Source: Mobula hypostoma (lineage: Eukaryota). From it: DNA of 64,000 nt. Of the stretch, positions 52,121 to 63,029 are shown in pieces (position 1 is the first letter of the stretch; every line of letters starts with the position of its first letter). The notes under the pieces were generated by a model that did not search any database, had not been told where the DNA came from, and saw nothing but the letters and a program-made list of their open reading frames with translations. The stretch is taken from NCBI RefSeq assembly GCF_963921235.1, contig NC_086109.1, positions 8,620,001 to 8,684,000 of the forward strand. Reading direction: 5' to 3'. The translations under genes and the position numbers were made by a program.

Positions 52121-52494
52121 TGAACATTGTCTGTACTGGCTCAGGAGCCTGATGGTTGAAGGGCAATAGCTGTCCCTGGACCTCGTGATGCGGGACCAAG
52201 TGCTCCTCTATCTCCTCTCTGATGGCAGCAACAAGAAGAGAGCACGGCCTGGATGGTGGGGGTCCTCGGTGATGGATGCTGCTTTCAGACTCACTGTCAG
52301 GGACACGGTATTTGATATGTATGGTTTTTCGTGGATTCCATTGTATTCCCTTATTTTCCTTGGGCGCCTGCAAGACGATGAATCTCAAGGTTGTGAATGG
52401 TAAACTTACTTTGATAATAAATTTAATCTGAGCTCTGTAACTGCACTCTGTGTAAATGAGCTCGGTGGTGAGGAGGGCCTTCCCTGTGATGATC

Positions 52495-52717
52495 ATAGTC
52501 ATAGTCATACTTTATTGATCTCAGGGGAAATTGGTTTTCATTACAGTTGCTCCATAAATAATAAATAGTAATAGAACCATAAATAGTTAAAAAGTAATAT
52601 GTAAATTATGCCAGTAAATTATGAAATAAGTCCAGGACCAGCCTATTGGCTCAGGGTGTCTGACCCTCCAAGGGAGGAGTTGTAAAGTTTGATGGCCACA
52701 GGCAGGAATGACTTCCT
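52495..52717 (-). mobile_element. LINE 3' end with (GACTAT)n tail
   Basis: Minus RKSFLPVAIKLYNSS-like C-terminus, AATAAA, tail seen on + as catagtcatagtcatac. Confidence 0.6.
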
Positions 52718-52734
52718 TCAGGGCTGTATCCATC

Positions 52735-52957
52735 ACTTTGTGAAGACGTTTCCACTCTACCATGCTTCGTCGTTGCTCCTTGTGGCTCTTCTGGTGCCAG
52801 CCTCGCAATTTCATTTGCATTTCTTTGTTCTTTACGAGGCCAAATTGCTAGCTCGACGCTCAACCCAGCGAAGGATGCGAAGTGTGCAAGGGGCCGGCCG
52901 GATTCGAGCCCAGGACCACTCGTTTGGTGCAGATGCCACTACACCATCAGCTGGCTT
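52735..52957 (-). mobile_element. tRNA-derived SINE (no V core)
   Basis: Minus head gccagctgatggtgtagtggcatc (A-box) and ggctcgaatcc (B-box). Confidence 0.65.
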
Positions 52958-53271
52958 CTACCACATTTTATAGGGTTTTTTTTCCATTTCAGTCCTGGAT
53001 TGGTGCCATTGTTTCACATTCTCCCTTGTATTCATTGCTAAATTCATAACGCAACTGCATCGCTCTCTGCAGGAAATCTCAAGAGAAGGCACGGTGGATG
53101 GGATGGCATGCTCGCAAGTGTTCAGAGATTGTCACTGCATTAAGCAATACTCTCCCTCAGCTGGTGAGTCTTTTGTGTTGTTCTCCAAAAAAGAGAAGCT
53201 GAAATTAATAGCGCAAACCACAAGAGGCCAAAAGTAGAGGGTAAAGGATGAGGATGATAATTTTACTTTAG

Positions 53272-53540
53272 TAATCATACAGAATACTGGAGGACCTCAG
53301 CAGAATGAGCAGCACATCTATGGAGGGGAATAAACACCCTTCATCAGAACTGGAAAGTAAGCTGGGGGGGGGGTAACTTTCTTTCACTGGCTTCTGCCCC
53401 CTTCCTGTCCAGTCCTGTTGAAGGATCTCGACCTGAAATGTTAACTGTTTATAGATGCTTTCTGACCTGCTGAGGTCCTCCAGCATTGTGTGTGTGTTGC
53501 TCTGGATTTCCAGCATCTGCAGAGTCTCTTTGTGTTTATG
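53272..53540. mobile_element. Fold-back Penelope-like terminal-repeat element with hammerhead remnants
   Basis: ctggaggacctcagcag vs ctgctgaggtcctccag inverted arms; CAGTC-CTGTTGA...GAAATGTT-AACTG at 53410-53447 (+) and CTGATGAAGGG on minus at ~53337-53347. Confidence 0.75.
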
Positions 53541-53641
53541 ATGCTTCTACATAACTTCTCCGCAGTAGGATATCACCAGAAGAGCCAGTATTTGTTCCCC
53601 ATCCCTCGGTCAAAGTTCAAAGGAAATTTACTATCCAAGTA

Positions 53642-54146
53642 CCTATGTCTGAAACCTGATCTGTGTGGGAGAGATTTTAAAGTGGAGAAGCCACTACACT
53701 GGGGCAGTTCCACTCTCTAGACCTCGGAAGTCCGGGTCCGGTGGTATGAATATGTGTCACAAACTGGGGTCTTCCTCGGTTGCAGTGGATGCCCATGACG
53801 TCTTCTGTGCCTTGTCATGCCCTTCGCTCTCCACGGAGCGTCACAGAACCACCTTCCTGGCCGTCGGATCTCACTGTAGATCTCATCCGGCCAGTCTGCC
53901 AGAGCTGACTTTACACGCTCCAAGAGGCGTGACCCAGTCTCAATGGGGTGTGAGGCCTCCAGCTATCCTCACCTGGTTTAGCCCGCCTGTCGAAGCGGTG
54001 TATCAGGGTGCGGCCGCCGTCACACGCAAACAGCTACCTGGAGCCACAGGTGAGAGCTGAGTGTCCGGGGGAACCAAAGGTGAGTGAGCTGGCCTGGAAT
54101 GGACACGACAAGCCCCTTCACCAGAAGTGTTACCCCTCCCTTGAAA
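53642..54146. mobile_element. Unclassified GC-rich insertion within a Rex1-like tail fragment (53610-54395)
   Basis: Host tail is split; ccaagta duplicated at 53635-53641 and 54147-54153. Confidence 0.55.
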
Positions 54147-54544
54147 CCAAGTATGTATAACGTCACCATATACTACTCTGGGTTTCATTCTCTTGCAGGC
54201 ATTCACAGCAGAACAGTAAAATACCATGAATTAATGAAAATCACTCACAAGGGCTACAGTCAACCAATGTGCAAAAGAAGACAAAACGTGCAAATAAAAA
54301 ATAAGCAAGTAAATAATTCTGAGAACACAAGTTCTAGAGTCTTTGAAAGTGAGTCCATAAGTTCGTGGAATCAATTCAGGGTGGAGGTGAGCAAAGTTAG
54401 CATTGCTCTTGAGAAGATGGTGCTGAGCCACTATATTGTAAAGGAAGTCACAAAGCACTAAAGAGAAGGAAGTTCCAGCATTCAGATCCAACAATGATTA
54501 AAGAACAGTGATGTGTCGCCAAAATCAGGATGAGCTGCTGGGCC

Positions 54545-55945
54545 AGTACAGGAGAAGGTTTGGAATTCAGAGGAGGTTATTGAGAAAGATCCCGGGAATA
54601 AAAGGATTAACGTATGAGGAGCATTTGATGTTTCTGGGCCTGTACTCACTGGAGTTTGGAAGAATGAGAGGATTCTCATTGAAACCTATCGAATATTGAA
54701 GTGCCTGGATACAGGAAAGTGGACACACTTTGCAATAGCTTGGGACTCTAGAAAGCACAGCCTCAGAATACAAGATTCAAGATTGTTTAGTGTTATTTCC
54801 AGTGCACAAGGTCGACCATGGATGGTGTGTCCTGGCTGCCTAGATATGCAAGCCTGGGTAGTACAATATGGAAAGCAATCCGATGGCCAAGTAGAAAGCT
54901 CCCCCTCTCCACGCATCTGATGAACTCAAAGGAATGGCAGAGACCGATACAGTTTGGCACCAGCAGCATTGCAGGAGCTGCCAGTCAGCATTGAACCCAA
55001 CACAACACTGCCTTAGGGACACCAGCTCCGAATTTTCCCCTCAGGGTTTATTCCCGAAGCTTTCCCCTTGAGTGGGTATGGCCACAAGGCAGCGGAGGTT
55101 TGAGATCAGAGTTTTCCTTCTCCTGGGTAAGCTACCAACCACAGCTGACAAGTCCCATCTGACCGAAGCGACTGATTTTAAGGCATCAGTAACCTGCTTT
55201 TGCCCCTTCTCCTGTCAGTAGAAATGGTTCCGCTGGGCTTAGTAGCTAAGCTACACGTGAAGGCCAGGATCTGGACTTGGTTGTCAGGGGCTATTTGAGA
55301 TGCACGCCATTGGGAGAATTTAATAGGTAGTGAGAACTTGTCCCCATTACCACCCCCAGCTATAACAACCGTAAGGAACAACACAAGTGTAAAGGAGAAC
55401 AAAATAATTGTTACTCTGCAGCACAAAAGACCACAATAAGTTAAAGAACACAATAAATATAAATATATAAGATAGCTTAGATTGATTTGTGTGCATTAAG
55501 TGACACTAGGCACAGGAGTGCTGGTACATACTGTAAAGTGACTCTGACAGGAAATGTTAAGGTAGTACTGGTGGGTAGAGTGTGGAGGGGTGGCTTATTG
55601 GGCAGAGGTGTTGATCAGCCTTACTGCTCAGGGAAAGTAATTGTTTTTGAATCTGGTGGTCCTGATGTGGATGCTACGAAGCCTCCTCCCTGATGAGAGT
55701 GGGACAAACAAACAGTCCACGAGTAGGGTTGGTGGGATCCATCATGATGTTACTGATCCTTTCCTGGCACCTTTCTGTATTTACGAATGTCCTTAATGGC
55801 GGTTCAGCTGGTGCCAGTGATGTCCGTTTAGAACAGGGATGAGGAGAAATATCTTTAGCCAGAGGAAGGTGAGTCTGTGGAATTCATCGCCACGGACCCA
55901 TGTGGAAGCCAAGTCATTCGGTGTATTTAAAGCAGAAGCAACAGG
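54545..55945 (+). mobile_element. CR1 3' fragment carrying two nested insertions
   Basis: IPGIKGLTYEEHL...LYSLEFGRMRG...HSLRI breaks at ~54770 and resumes CPFRTGMRRNIFSQR at ~55820. Confidence 0.8.
54811..55381 (-). mobile_element. RTE-like non-autonomous element (5' UTR-derived)
   Basis: Minus ggagaaggaaaactctgatctcaaacctccgctgccttg...cttcgggaataaaccctgagg resembles RTE-clade 5' UTRs as recalled; cacaag duplicated at 54805-54810 and 55382-55387. Confidence 0.55.
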
Positions 55946-56034
55946 TAATAGAAATAAAAGTAAGAAAAAGGAGATGCAAAGCAGGTATAAGCAGGTATAT
56001 ATAAGTGTTCTCTTATACTCCTCAAGTAATAGAA

Positions 56035-56460
56035 TTAGAGAAAAATACAGTACAGAAAAAGGCCCCTCAACCTATCTAGTCTGTGCATTAATCTACCTAG
56101 TCCCATGACTCTGCACCTGGACCATAACCCTACCATCCATGTTCCTATCGGAATTTATATTAAATGTTAAAATCGACCCTGTGACTACCACTTGCACTGG
56201 CAGCTCGTTCCACACTTCTACCACCCTCTGAGTGAAGAAGTTTCCGTTCATGTTCCTCTTAAACATTTCACCTTTCATCCTTAACCCATGACCTCTAGTT
56301 GTAGTCTCACCCGACATCATAGGAAAAGCTTGCTGCATCTACCCTATCTATATCCCTCATAATTTTGTATACCTCAATCAAATCTCCGTTTAATCTTCTA
56401 CAATGCAAGGAATAAAACCCTAACCTATTCAATCTTTCCTTATCACTCAGGTCCTCATGT
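56035..56460 (-). mobile_element. CR1 3' end
   Basis: TRGHGLRMKGEMFKRNMNGNFFTQRVVEVWNELP plus 3' UTR. Confidence 0.85.
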
Positions 56461-56464
56461 CAGA

Positions 56465-57350
56465 TCCACCCTAATTTGCCTCAATATAGCAAACAGCTCC
56501 TCCTCTGTAATCTGTATAGACCCCATGACCCTCTCTGTGGCATTGCTTCACTTTGATAGACTCTGTGTCCGTCTCCCAAGTAAAGACAGTTGCAAAAAAT
56601 ACATTCAAGACCTCCCCCATCACTTTTGGCTCCATGCACAGATTACCATTCCAATCTTCCAGAGGACCATTGTTGTCCCTTGCAATCCTTTTGCTCTTAA
56701 CATATCTGTCGAATCCCTTATGATTCTCCTTCACCTTGTCTGCCAGGGCAACCTCATGCCTTTCTTTAGCCTTTATGATTTCTATCTTAAGTGTTCTCTT
56801 ATATTCCTCATGTACCTCATTTGTTCCTGCCTGTTTATACCTGCTATGTATCTCCTTCTTTTTCTTAACCAGGGCCTCAATATTTTTCGAAAAACAAGGT
56901 TCTGTAAATCTGTTGTCTTTGTCTGTTATTCTGACAAGAACATACAAACTTTATACTCTCAAAAATTCACTTTTGAAGACCTCCCTCTTACCAAGTACAC
57001 CTTTGCCAGAAAACAACCTCCCCCAATCCACACTTGCCAGATCCTCTCTGATGCCATCAAAATTGGTCTTTCTCCAATCTAGAATCTCAACCCAAGGACC
57101 AATCTTATCCTTTGCCATAATTACCTTGAAACTAATGGTAGTATGATCACTAGTCGCAAAGTGTTCCCCTTCACAAACTTTTGTTACCTGTCCTGTCTCA
57201 TTCCCTGGTAGGAGATCTAGTATCACACTCTCCCTAGTTGCGACTTCCACGTACTGACTAAGGAAATTTTTCTGAACACATTTGACAAACTCTTTCCCAT
57301 CTAGTCCTTTTACAGGATGGGAGTTCCAGTCAATATGTAGGAAATTAAAA
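56465..57350 (-). mobile_element. CR1 ORF2 fragment (APE endonuclease C-terminus and linker), frameshifted
   Basis: TRESVILDLL...EHFATSDHTTISF...LDWRKTNFDGIREDLASVDW...KVKENHKGFDRYVKSKR...EVLNVFFATVFT. Confidence 0.88.
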
Positions 57351-57359
57351 TCTTATATG

Positions 57360-57570
57360 AGAAAAACACACAAAATGCTGGGAGAACTGATGAAAGGTTT
57401 CGGACTGAAGCCTTCTTATTCTGGGTTCTGCCCACTTTCCAGTCCTGATGAAAGGTCTCAGCCCAAAACGTTTATTCCTCTCCATAGATGCTACCTGAGC
57501 TGCTGAGTTCCTCCAGCAATTTGTGTGTGTTACTCCAGGTTTCCAGAATCTACAGAATCTCTCGTGTTTA
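57360..57570 (+). mobile_element. Penelope-like terminal-repeat relic with hammerhead remnant and short inverted arm
   Basis: CAGTC-CTGATGA-AAGGTCTCAGCCC-AAAACG at 57440-57470; acacacaaaatgctgg vs ccagcaatttgtgtgt. Confidence 0.7.
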
Positions 57571-57694
57571 GGACATGAATCACGGCTTCAAGTTCAGTGG
57601 CATGATTATCCACAATTTATCTCACTGGGAAACAACAAAAATTCCTAGTGATCCTAAACTTCCAAAAAAGTACCAACACCAAAAGTCTAAAATG

Positions 57695-58120
57695 GAACAT
57701 AGAAACATAGAAACATAGAAAATAGGTGCAGGAGTAGGCCATTCAGCCCTTCGAGCCTGCACCGCCATTCAGTATGATCATGGCTGACCATCCAACTCAG
57801 AACCCTGTACCAGCCTTCCCTCCATACCCCCTGATCCCTTTAGCCACAAGGGCCATATCTAACTCCCTCTTAAATATAGCCAATTAACTGGCCTCAACTG
57901 TTTCCTGTGGCAGAGAATTCCACAGATTCACCACTCTCTGTGTGAAGAAATTTTTCCTAATCTTGGTCCTAAAAGGCTTCCCCTTTATCCTCAAACTGTG
58001 ACCCCTCGTTCTGGACTTCCCCAACATTGAGAACAATCTTCCTGCATCTAGCCTGTCCAACCCCTTTAGGATTTTATACGTTTCAATAAGATCTCCCCTC
58101 AATCTTCTAAATTGCAACAT
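57695..58120 (-). mobile_element. CR1 3' end with (CTATGTTT)n tail
   Basis: FRRLRGDLIETYKILKGLDRLDAGRLF...TRGHSLRIKGKPFRTKIRKNFFTQRVVNLWNSLP; three copies of aacataga. Confidence 0.92.
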
Positions 58121-58165
58121 GAAACACTAGAAAATCTCAATAGATGAGGGAACATCTGGGAGATG

Positions 58166-58269
58166 TATAGTACTGTGCAAAAGTCTTCGGAACATGTAAG
58201 ATAACTCTGTAAAGCAAAGATGCTTTCAAAAATAATCTAGGGTGTCTCAGACTTTTGCACAGCATTGTA
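58166..58269. mobile_element. ~100-bp Tc1-derived MITE
   Basis: TIRs tatagtactgtgcaaaagtct and agacttttgcacagcattgta, with TA at both ends. Confidence 0.8.
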
Positions 58270-58579
58270 GTTAACCTTTCAAGTCACTGATATTTCATCA
58301 GAAATCACAGGCACAATTATTAGAAAATGAGAATGGAAACTGAAAGCAACAATGTATGAAGAAGTACAGCAATTGGGATGTTGAAGCAGAAATATTTTTA
58401 CCCTGTGCACTGACAAGGCTGGTCGTTAACAGAGCAACACACAAGATGCTGGAGGAATCCTGCAGGTCAGGCAGGTTGACCTGAGGAGGGAAATGGACAG
58501 TTGATGCTTCCATAAGACCATGAGATATAGGAGCAGAATTAGGCCACTTGGCTCGTGGTTGAGATCCTTCATCTCTGAA

Positions 58580-59600
58580 AAGTGAAAAATGGCAAATGGA
58601 ATTTAATGCAGACAAGTTCGAGATGTTGCACTCTGGGAGGACAAACCAGGATATGACTTACACAGTGAGAAGTCAAGCACTGACTGTAGAATGAAGAGAT
58701 CTGGGAAAACAGATCCATAGTTCCTCAAAAGGGGCATCACAGGTTGGTAGAGTTGTAAAGAAAGCTTTTGGCATATTGGCCTTCATATATGAAAATGTGA
58801 AATACAGAAAGTTGGGATGTTATATTGAAGTTATTTTAGATGTTGGTGAGGGTCAATTTGGAGTATTGTGTCCAGTTTTGGTCACCTATCTACGGGAAAG
58901 ATGTCAATAAGATTAAAAGAGTACAGAGAAAACTTATCAGGATGTTGTCAGGACTTAAGGATGTTAGTTCCAGGGAAAGATAGAAACAGGTTAGAACTTT
59001 ATTCCCTAGAGCATAGGAGAATGAGAGGAGATTTGACAGAGGTATACAAAGTTATGAGGGGTATAGATAGGGTAAATGCAAGCAGGGTTTTTCTACTGAG
59101 GTTGGGTCAGTCTAGAATTAGAGGTCATAAGTTAGGGTGAAAGATGAAATATTCAAGGGGAATCTGAGGGAGAAAATTCTTCACTCAGAGTATCGTCAGC
59201 AGAAGTGGTGGATTTGGGTTTGATTTCAACATTTAAAGATTCAAAGTGCATTTATTATCAAAGAATGATTAAGTTATACAACCTTGAGATTTGCTTGCTG
59301 ACAGGCAGTCGCAAAGCAAGGAACCCGAAGAAACCAATTAAAAAAAAGACCAACCCCGCCCCCTCCCCCGGGCCCATAGAGAAAGAGAAAGAAAACAGAA
59401 CAAAACATGCAAACTGAAAAAAAAAAACACAAAACAAATCATGCAGCGTTAAGAAAAATTTAGATAGGCACATAAATGGGAAGAGCGTTGAGAGCTGTGG
59501 TCTGGGTGCAGGTCGATGGGAGTAGGCAGATTAATAGTTTGGCATGACTAGATGGGCTGAAGGACCTGTTTCTGTGCAGTGGTGTTCTATAACTATGACT
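58580..59600 (+). mobile_element. CR1 3' fragment (~0.8 kb) with nested Rex1-tail element at ~59236-59450 (-)
   Basis: KWQMEFNADKFEMLH...LEYCVQFWSP...LYSLEHRRMRGDLTEVYKVMRGIDRV...RGHKL; 3' UTR gatgggctgaaggacctgtttctgtg. Confidence 0.85.
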
Positions 59601-59689
59601 CTGAAGAGGAAAGAGGACACTAAGGAAGGATACCTGTTGCAAGAAATTATATTGAGGATGGACAAAGTTGGGTAAAGAATGGCACTGAA

Positions 59690-61680
59690 CGTGTCTGTTA
59701 CAATATCATTCAGGGACTCCTCCAACCAGAAGCCCTGGGTGAACCATGAGATCCACAATCTGCTGAGAGTCAGGTGAGGGGCATTTAAGTCTGGCGACCA
59801 AGAAAGTTGCGAGAGGTCCAGGTATAATATGCAGAAAGCCATCTCACAGGCAAAGTGGCAATTCTGGACTAAACTTGAAACTCGAAGGACGCTTGACAGT
59901 CGTGGCAGGGTTTGAATGCTATCGCCTCTTATAAAATTATATCAAGCGACATAGGTGACAACAGGGCTTCGATTCCAGATGAGCTCAATGCCTTCTAATC
60001 TCGCTTTGACCGTCAAAACGTGGAGGAACCTTCACAAACTCCCGCAGTCCCCAATGATCTTTTGATTTCAGTCTCTGAGGCTGTTAGGCGAGCAGCCTTC
60101 GGAAGGGTGAACACACATAAAGCATCCGGCCCAGGCAGGGTACCTGGCCAAGTACTAAAGACCTGTGCTGATCAACTGGCTGAGATCTTTAACTACCGGC
60201 TTCACTTGTACCAGTGCTTGAGAAGGACATGGTAACTTGCCTCAATGACTGTATTCCAGGAGCACTTACATCCACACGGAAGTATCTTGAGAGGCTGGTG
60301 ATGAAACATATCAACTCCCGCCTGAGACGCAGCTTGGATCTACTCCAATTTGCCAACAAGTCCACAGCAGATGCCATCTCACTGGCTTTTCATTCAACTC
60401 TGGAACATCTGGATGGCAAAGACGCATACATCAGGATGCTCCTTACCAACTACAGCTCAGCATTCAATACCATCATTCCCTCAAAACTAATCAATAAGCT
60501 TCAAGACCTTGGCTTCAATACCTCCGTTTGCAATTGGATCCTCAATTTCCTCACTTGCAGATTCCAGTCAGTTCGGATTGGCAACAATTATCTCCTCCAC
60601 AATCTCCATTTGCACAGGTGCACCACAAGCCCTTGTGCTTAATCCCCTGCTCTACTCACTTTACACTTATAACAGCCCTAACACTTTATTCAAGTTTGTT
60701 GATGACACCCCTGTTGTAGCTTGAATCAAAGGTGGTGCCGAATCATACAGGAGGGAGATTGAAAATCTGGCTGAGTGGTGTCACAACAACAGCCTCTCAC
60801 TCAACGTCAGCAATTGTTGACTTCAGGAGGAGGAAACCAGAGGTCCATGAGCCACCCCTCATTGGGGGATCAAAGGTAGGGAGGGTCAGTAACATTAAAT
60901 TCCTCTGGGTTATTATCTCAGAGGACCTGTCCTGGGACCAGCATGTAAGTGCAATTACGAAGGAAGCATCTTAGCACCTCTACTTTTTTAGGAGTTTGCG
61001 AAGCTTTGGCATGACATCTAAAACTTTGACAAACTTCTGTTGATGTGTGGTGGAGAGTTTATTGACTGGCTGCATCACTGCCTGGTATGGAAACACCATT
61101 GCCCTTGAATGGAAAATCCTACAAAAAGTAGTGGATATGGTCCTGTCCGTCACGGACAAAGCCCTTCCTACCATTGAGCCCATGTACCTGAAGCATTGTC
61201 GCAGGAAAGCAGCATCCATCATCGGGGACAACCCCCTCCCCCACCCCCCCGCTCCGGCAACCACCATCCAGAACATAGCTTCTTCTCGCTGCTGCCACTA
61301 GGAAGAAGGTACAAGAACACTAGGTTCAGGAACATTTATTACTCCTTAACCATCAGGCTCTTGAACCAAAAGGGATAACTTCATTCAACTTCATTTGCCC
61401 CAGCATTGAAATGTTCCCAGAACCTATGATCTCACCTTCAAGGACTCTTCATCTCATGTTCTCAATATTTATCACTTATTATTTCTTTCTTTTTGTATTT
61501 GCACAGTTTGTTGTCTTTTGTACACTGGTTGAAGGCCCAAGTTGGTTGTGGTCTTTCATTGATTCCATATTGGTTATTATTCTATTATGGATTTATTGAG
61601 TACGCCCACAAAAATGAATCTCAGGGTTGTATGTGGTGACATATATGTACTTTGATAATAAATTTACTTTGAACTTTGTT
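59690..61680 (+). mobile_element. Rex1/Babar-like LINE, 5'-truncated ~2 kb RT pseudogene
   Basis: NQKPWVNHEI...KASGPGRVPGQVLKTCADQLAEIF...[11 protein letters not shown]...[21 protein letters not shown]...GAPQ...KFVDDT; multiple frameshifts; tail gataataaatttactttgaactttg. Confidence 0.88.
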
Positions 61681-61699
61681 ACTTCATTGGATCTACTGT

Positions 61700-62236
61700 A
61701 CTCTATTTTAGGAACATTTATACACTTGCTTGTCAATGCAAAGATCAAATTAGCCAATCATGTGCCAGCAACTCAATGCATAAAAGCATGCAGACAATGT
61801 CAATAGGTTCAGTTTTTCTTCAGATTAAACATCAGAATGGGGAAGAAAAGTGAAATGAATGACTTTGACCGTGGAATGATTGTTGGTGCCAGATGGGATG
61901 GTTTGAGTATCTCAGAAACTGCTGTTCTCCTGAGATTTTCACACACAACAGTTTCTAGAGTCTACAGAGAACGGTGCAGAGAACAAAAAAAAGTCCAGTG
62001 AGCGGCAGATCTGTGGGCGAAAATGCCTTGTTAATGAGAGAGGTCAGAGGTGAATGGCCAGACTGGTTCAAGTAGGCAGGAAGTCGACAGTAACTCAAAT
62101 CACCACGTATGACAACAGTGGTGTACAGAAGAGCATCTCTGAATGCACAACACGTTGAACCTTGAAGTGGATGGACCACAGTAGCAGATGACCACACCGG
62201 GTTCCACTCCTATAGTGGAAGTGGCCACTGAGTGTA
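61700..62236 (+). mobile_element. Tc1-like transposon deletion derivative (paired/HTH N-terminus)
   Basis: From ATG 61837: MGKKSEMNDFDRGMIVGARWDGLSISETAVLLRFSHTTVSRVYRE; right end aagtggccactgagtgta is Tc1 TIR-like. Confidence 0.8.
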
Positions 62237-63029
62237 TCTCTATATAATTAAAACCCAAACAATTGAATACATTTAAATTAAGTTAAGAGTAGTGAATTAT
62301 CTCATACTTACCCTGCTCCATCACAGCCATTCTTCTCCATTCAAGATGAAGGTCTTTAACCAGATCCAAAGTGGATAGCTTTACTAGTATAGCTGATGAT
62401 CCCTCCCTGTTGATCATTAGTTTGTGGAAAAAATACTTTTCTAGAAAATGTTTGTTAAGTTAAATTTGAATGCAGAATACAGCACCCCAGTCACATAGAA
62501 CGTGTGGTGTAGGCAGACAAATGATGTGCAACGGCCAGGCCGGGGTAAGCCGCTGAACGGCCTAAATCTGCTCCTACGTCTTATGACCTTATGGAGATAT
62601 TGGGAATGGAACTGCAATTGGTTCATTCTTGTCACATGGACCGACGTACAGTGAAAAGCTTGTCTTGCATACTATTCATACAGATCAAATCATGACACAG
62701 TGCAGTGAGCTAGAATAATGTAAGCAATAACCATTCAGAATAAAGTGTAAAAGTTACAGAGAGGGTGCATAGCGGTAAACAATAAGGCGTGAGATCTGAA
62801 CCAGCTTCTAGCTGAGTTCGTAGTTTGAGACCAGTTTGATGCTGAGGAGTTCAAATTAGGAGATGGCTGTTGAAATTCACATTTGCAGCTACAGATTGCA
62901 AAACCACCTGTAATCGACGTGAGAAGGAAGTAATCTGGAGATTACCGTGGGAGTGCACTGCAAATGTTGCTGAGTTTCTTATGTACTGTTACAGCTCTAC
63001 AAGAGGGATGGGCAGCTGGTTGGTAGCGT

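Noticed and set aside
56525..57146. 185-aa and 136-aa plus-strand ORFs
   Set aside because: Antisense to a recognisable CR1 ORF2 fragment.
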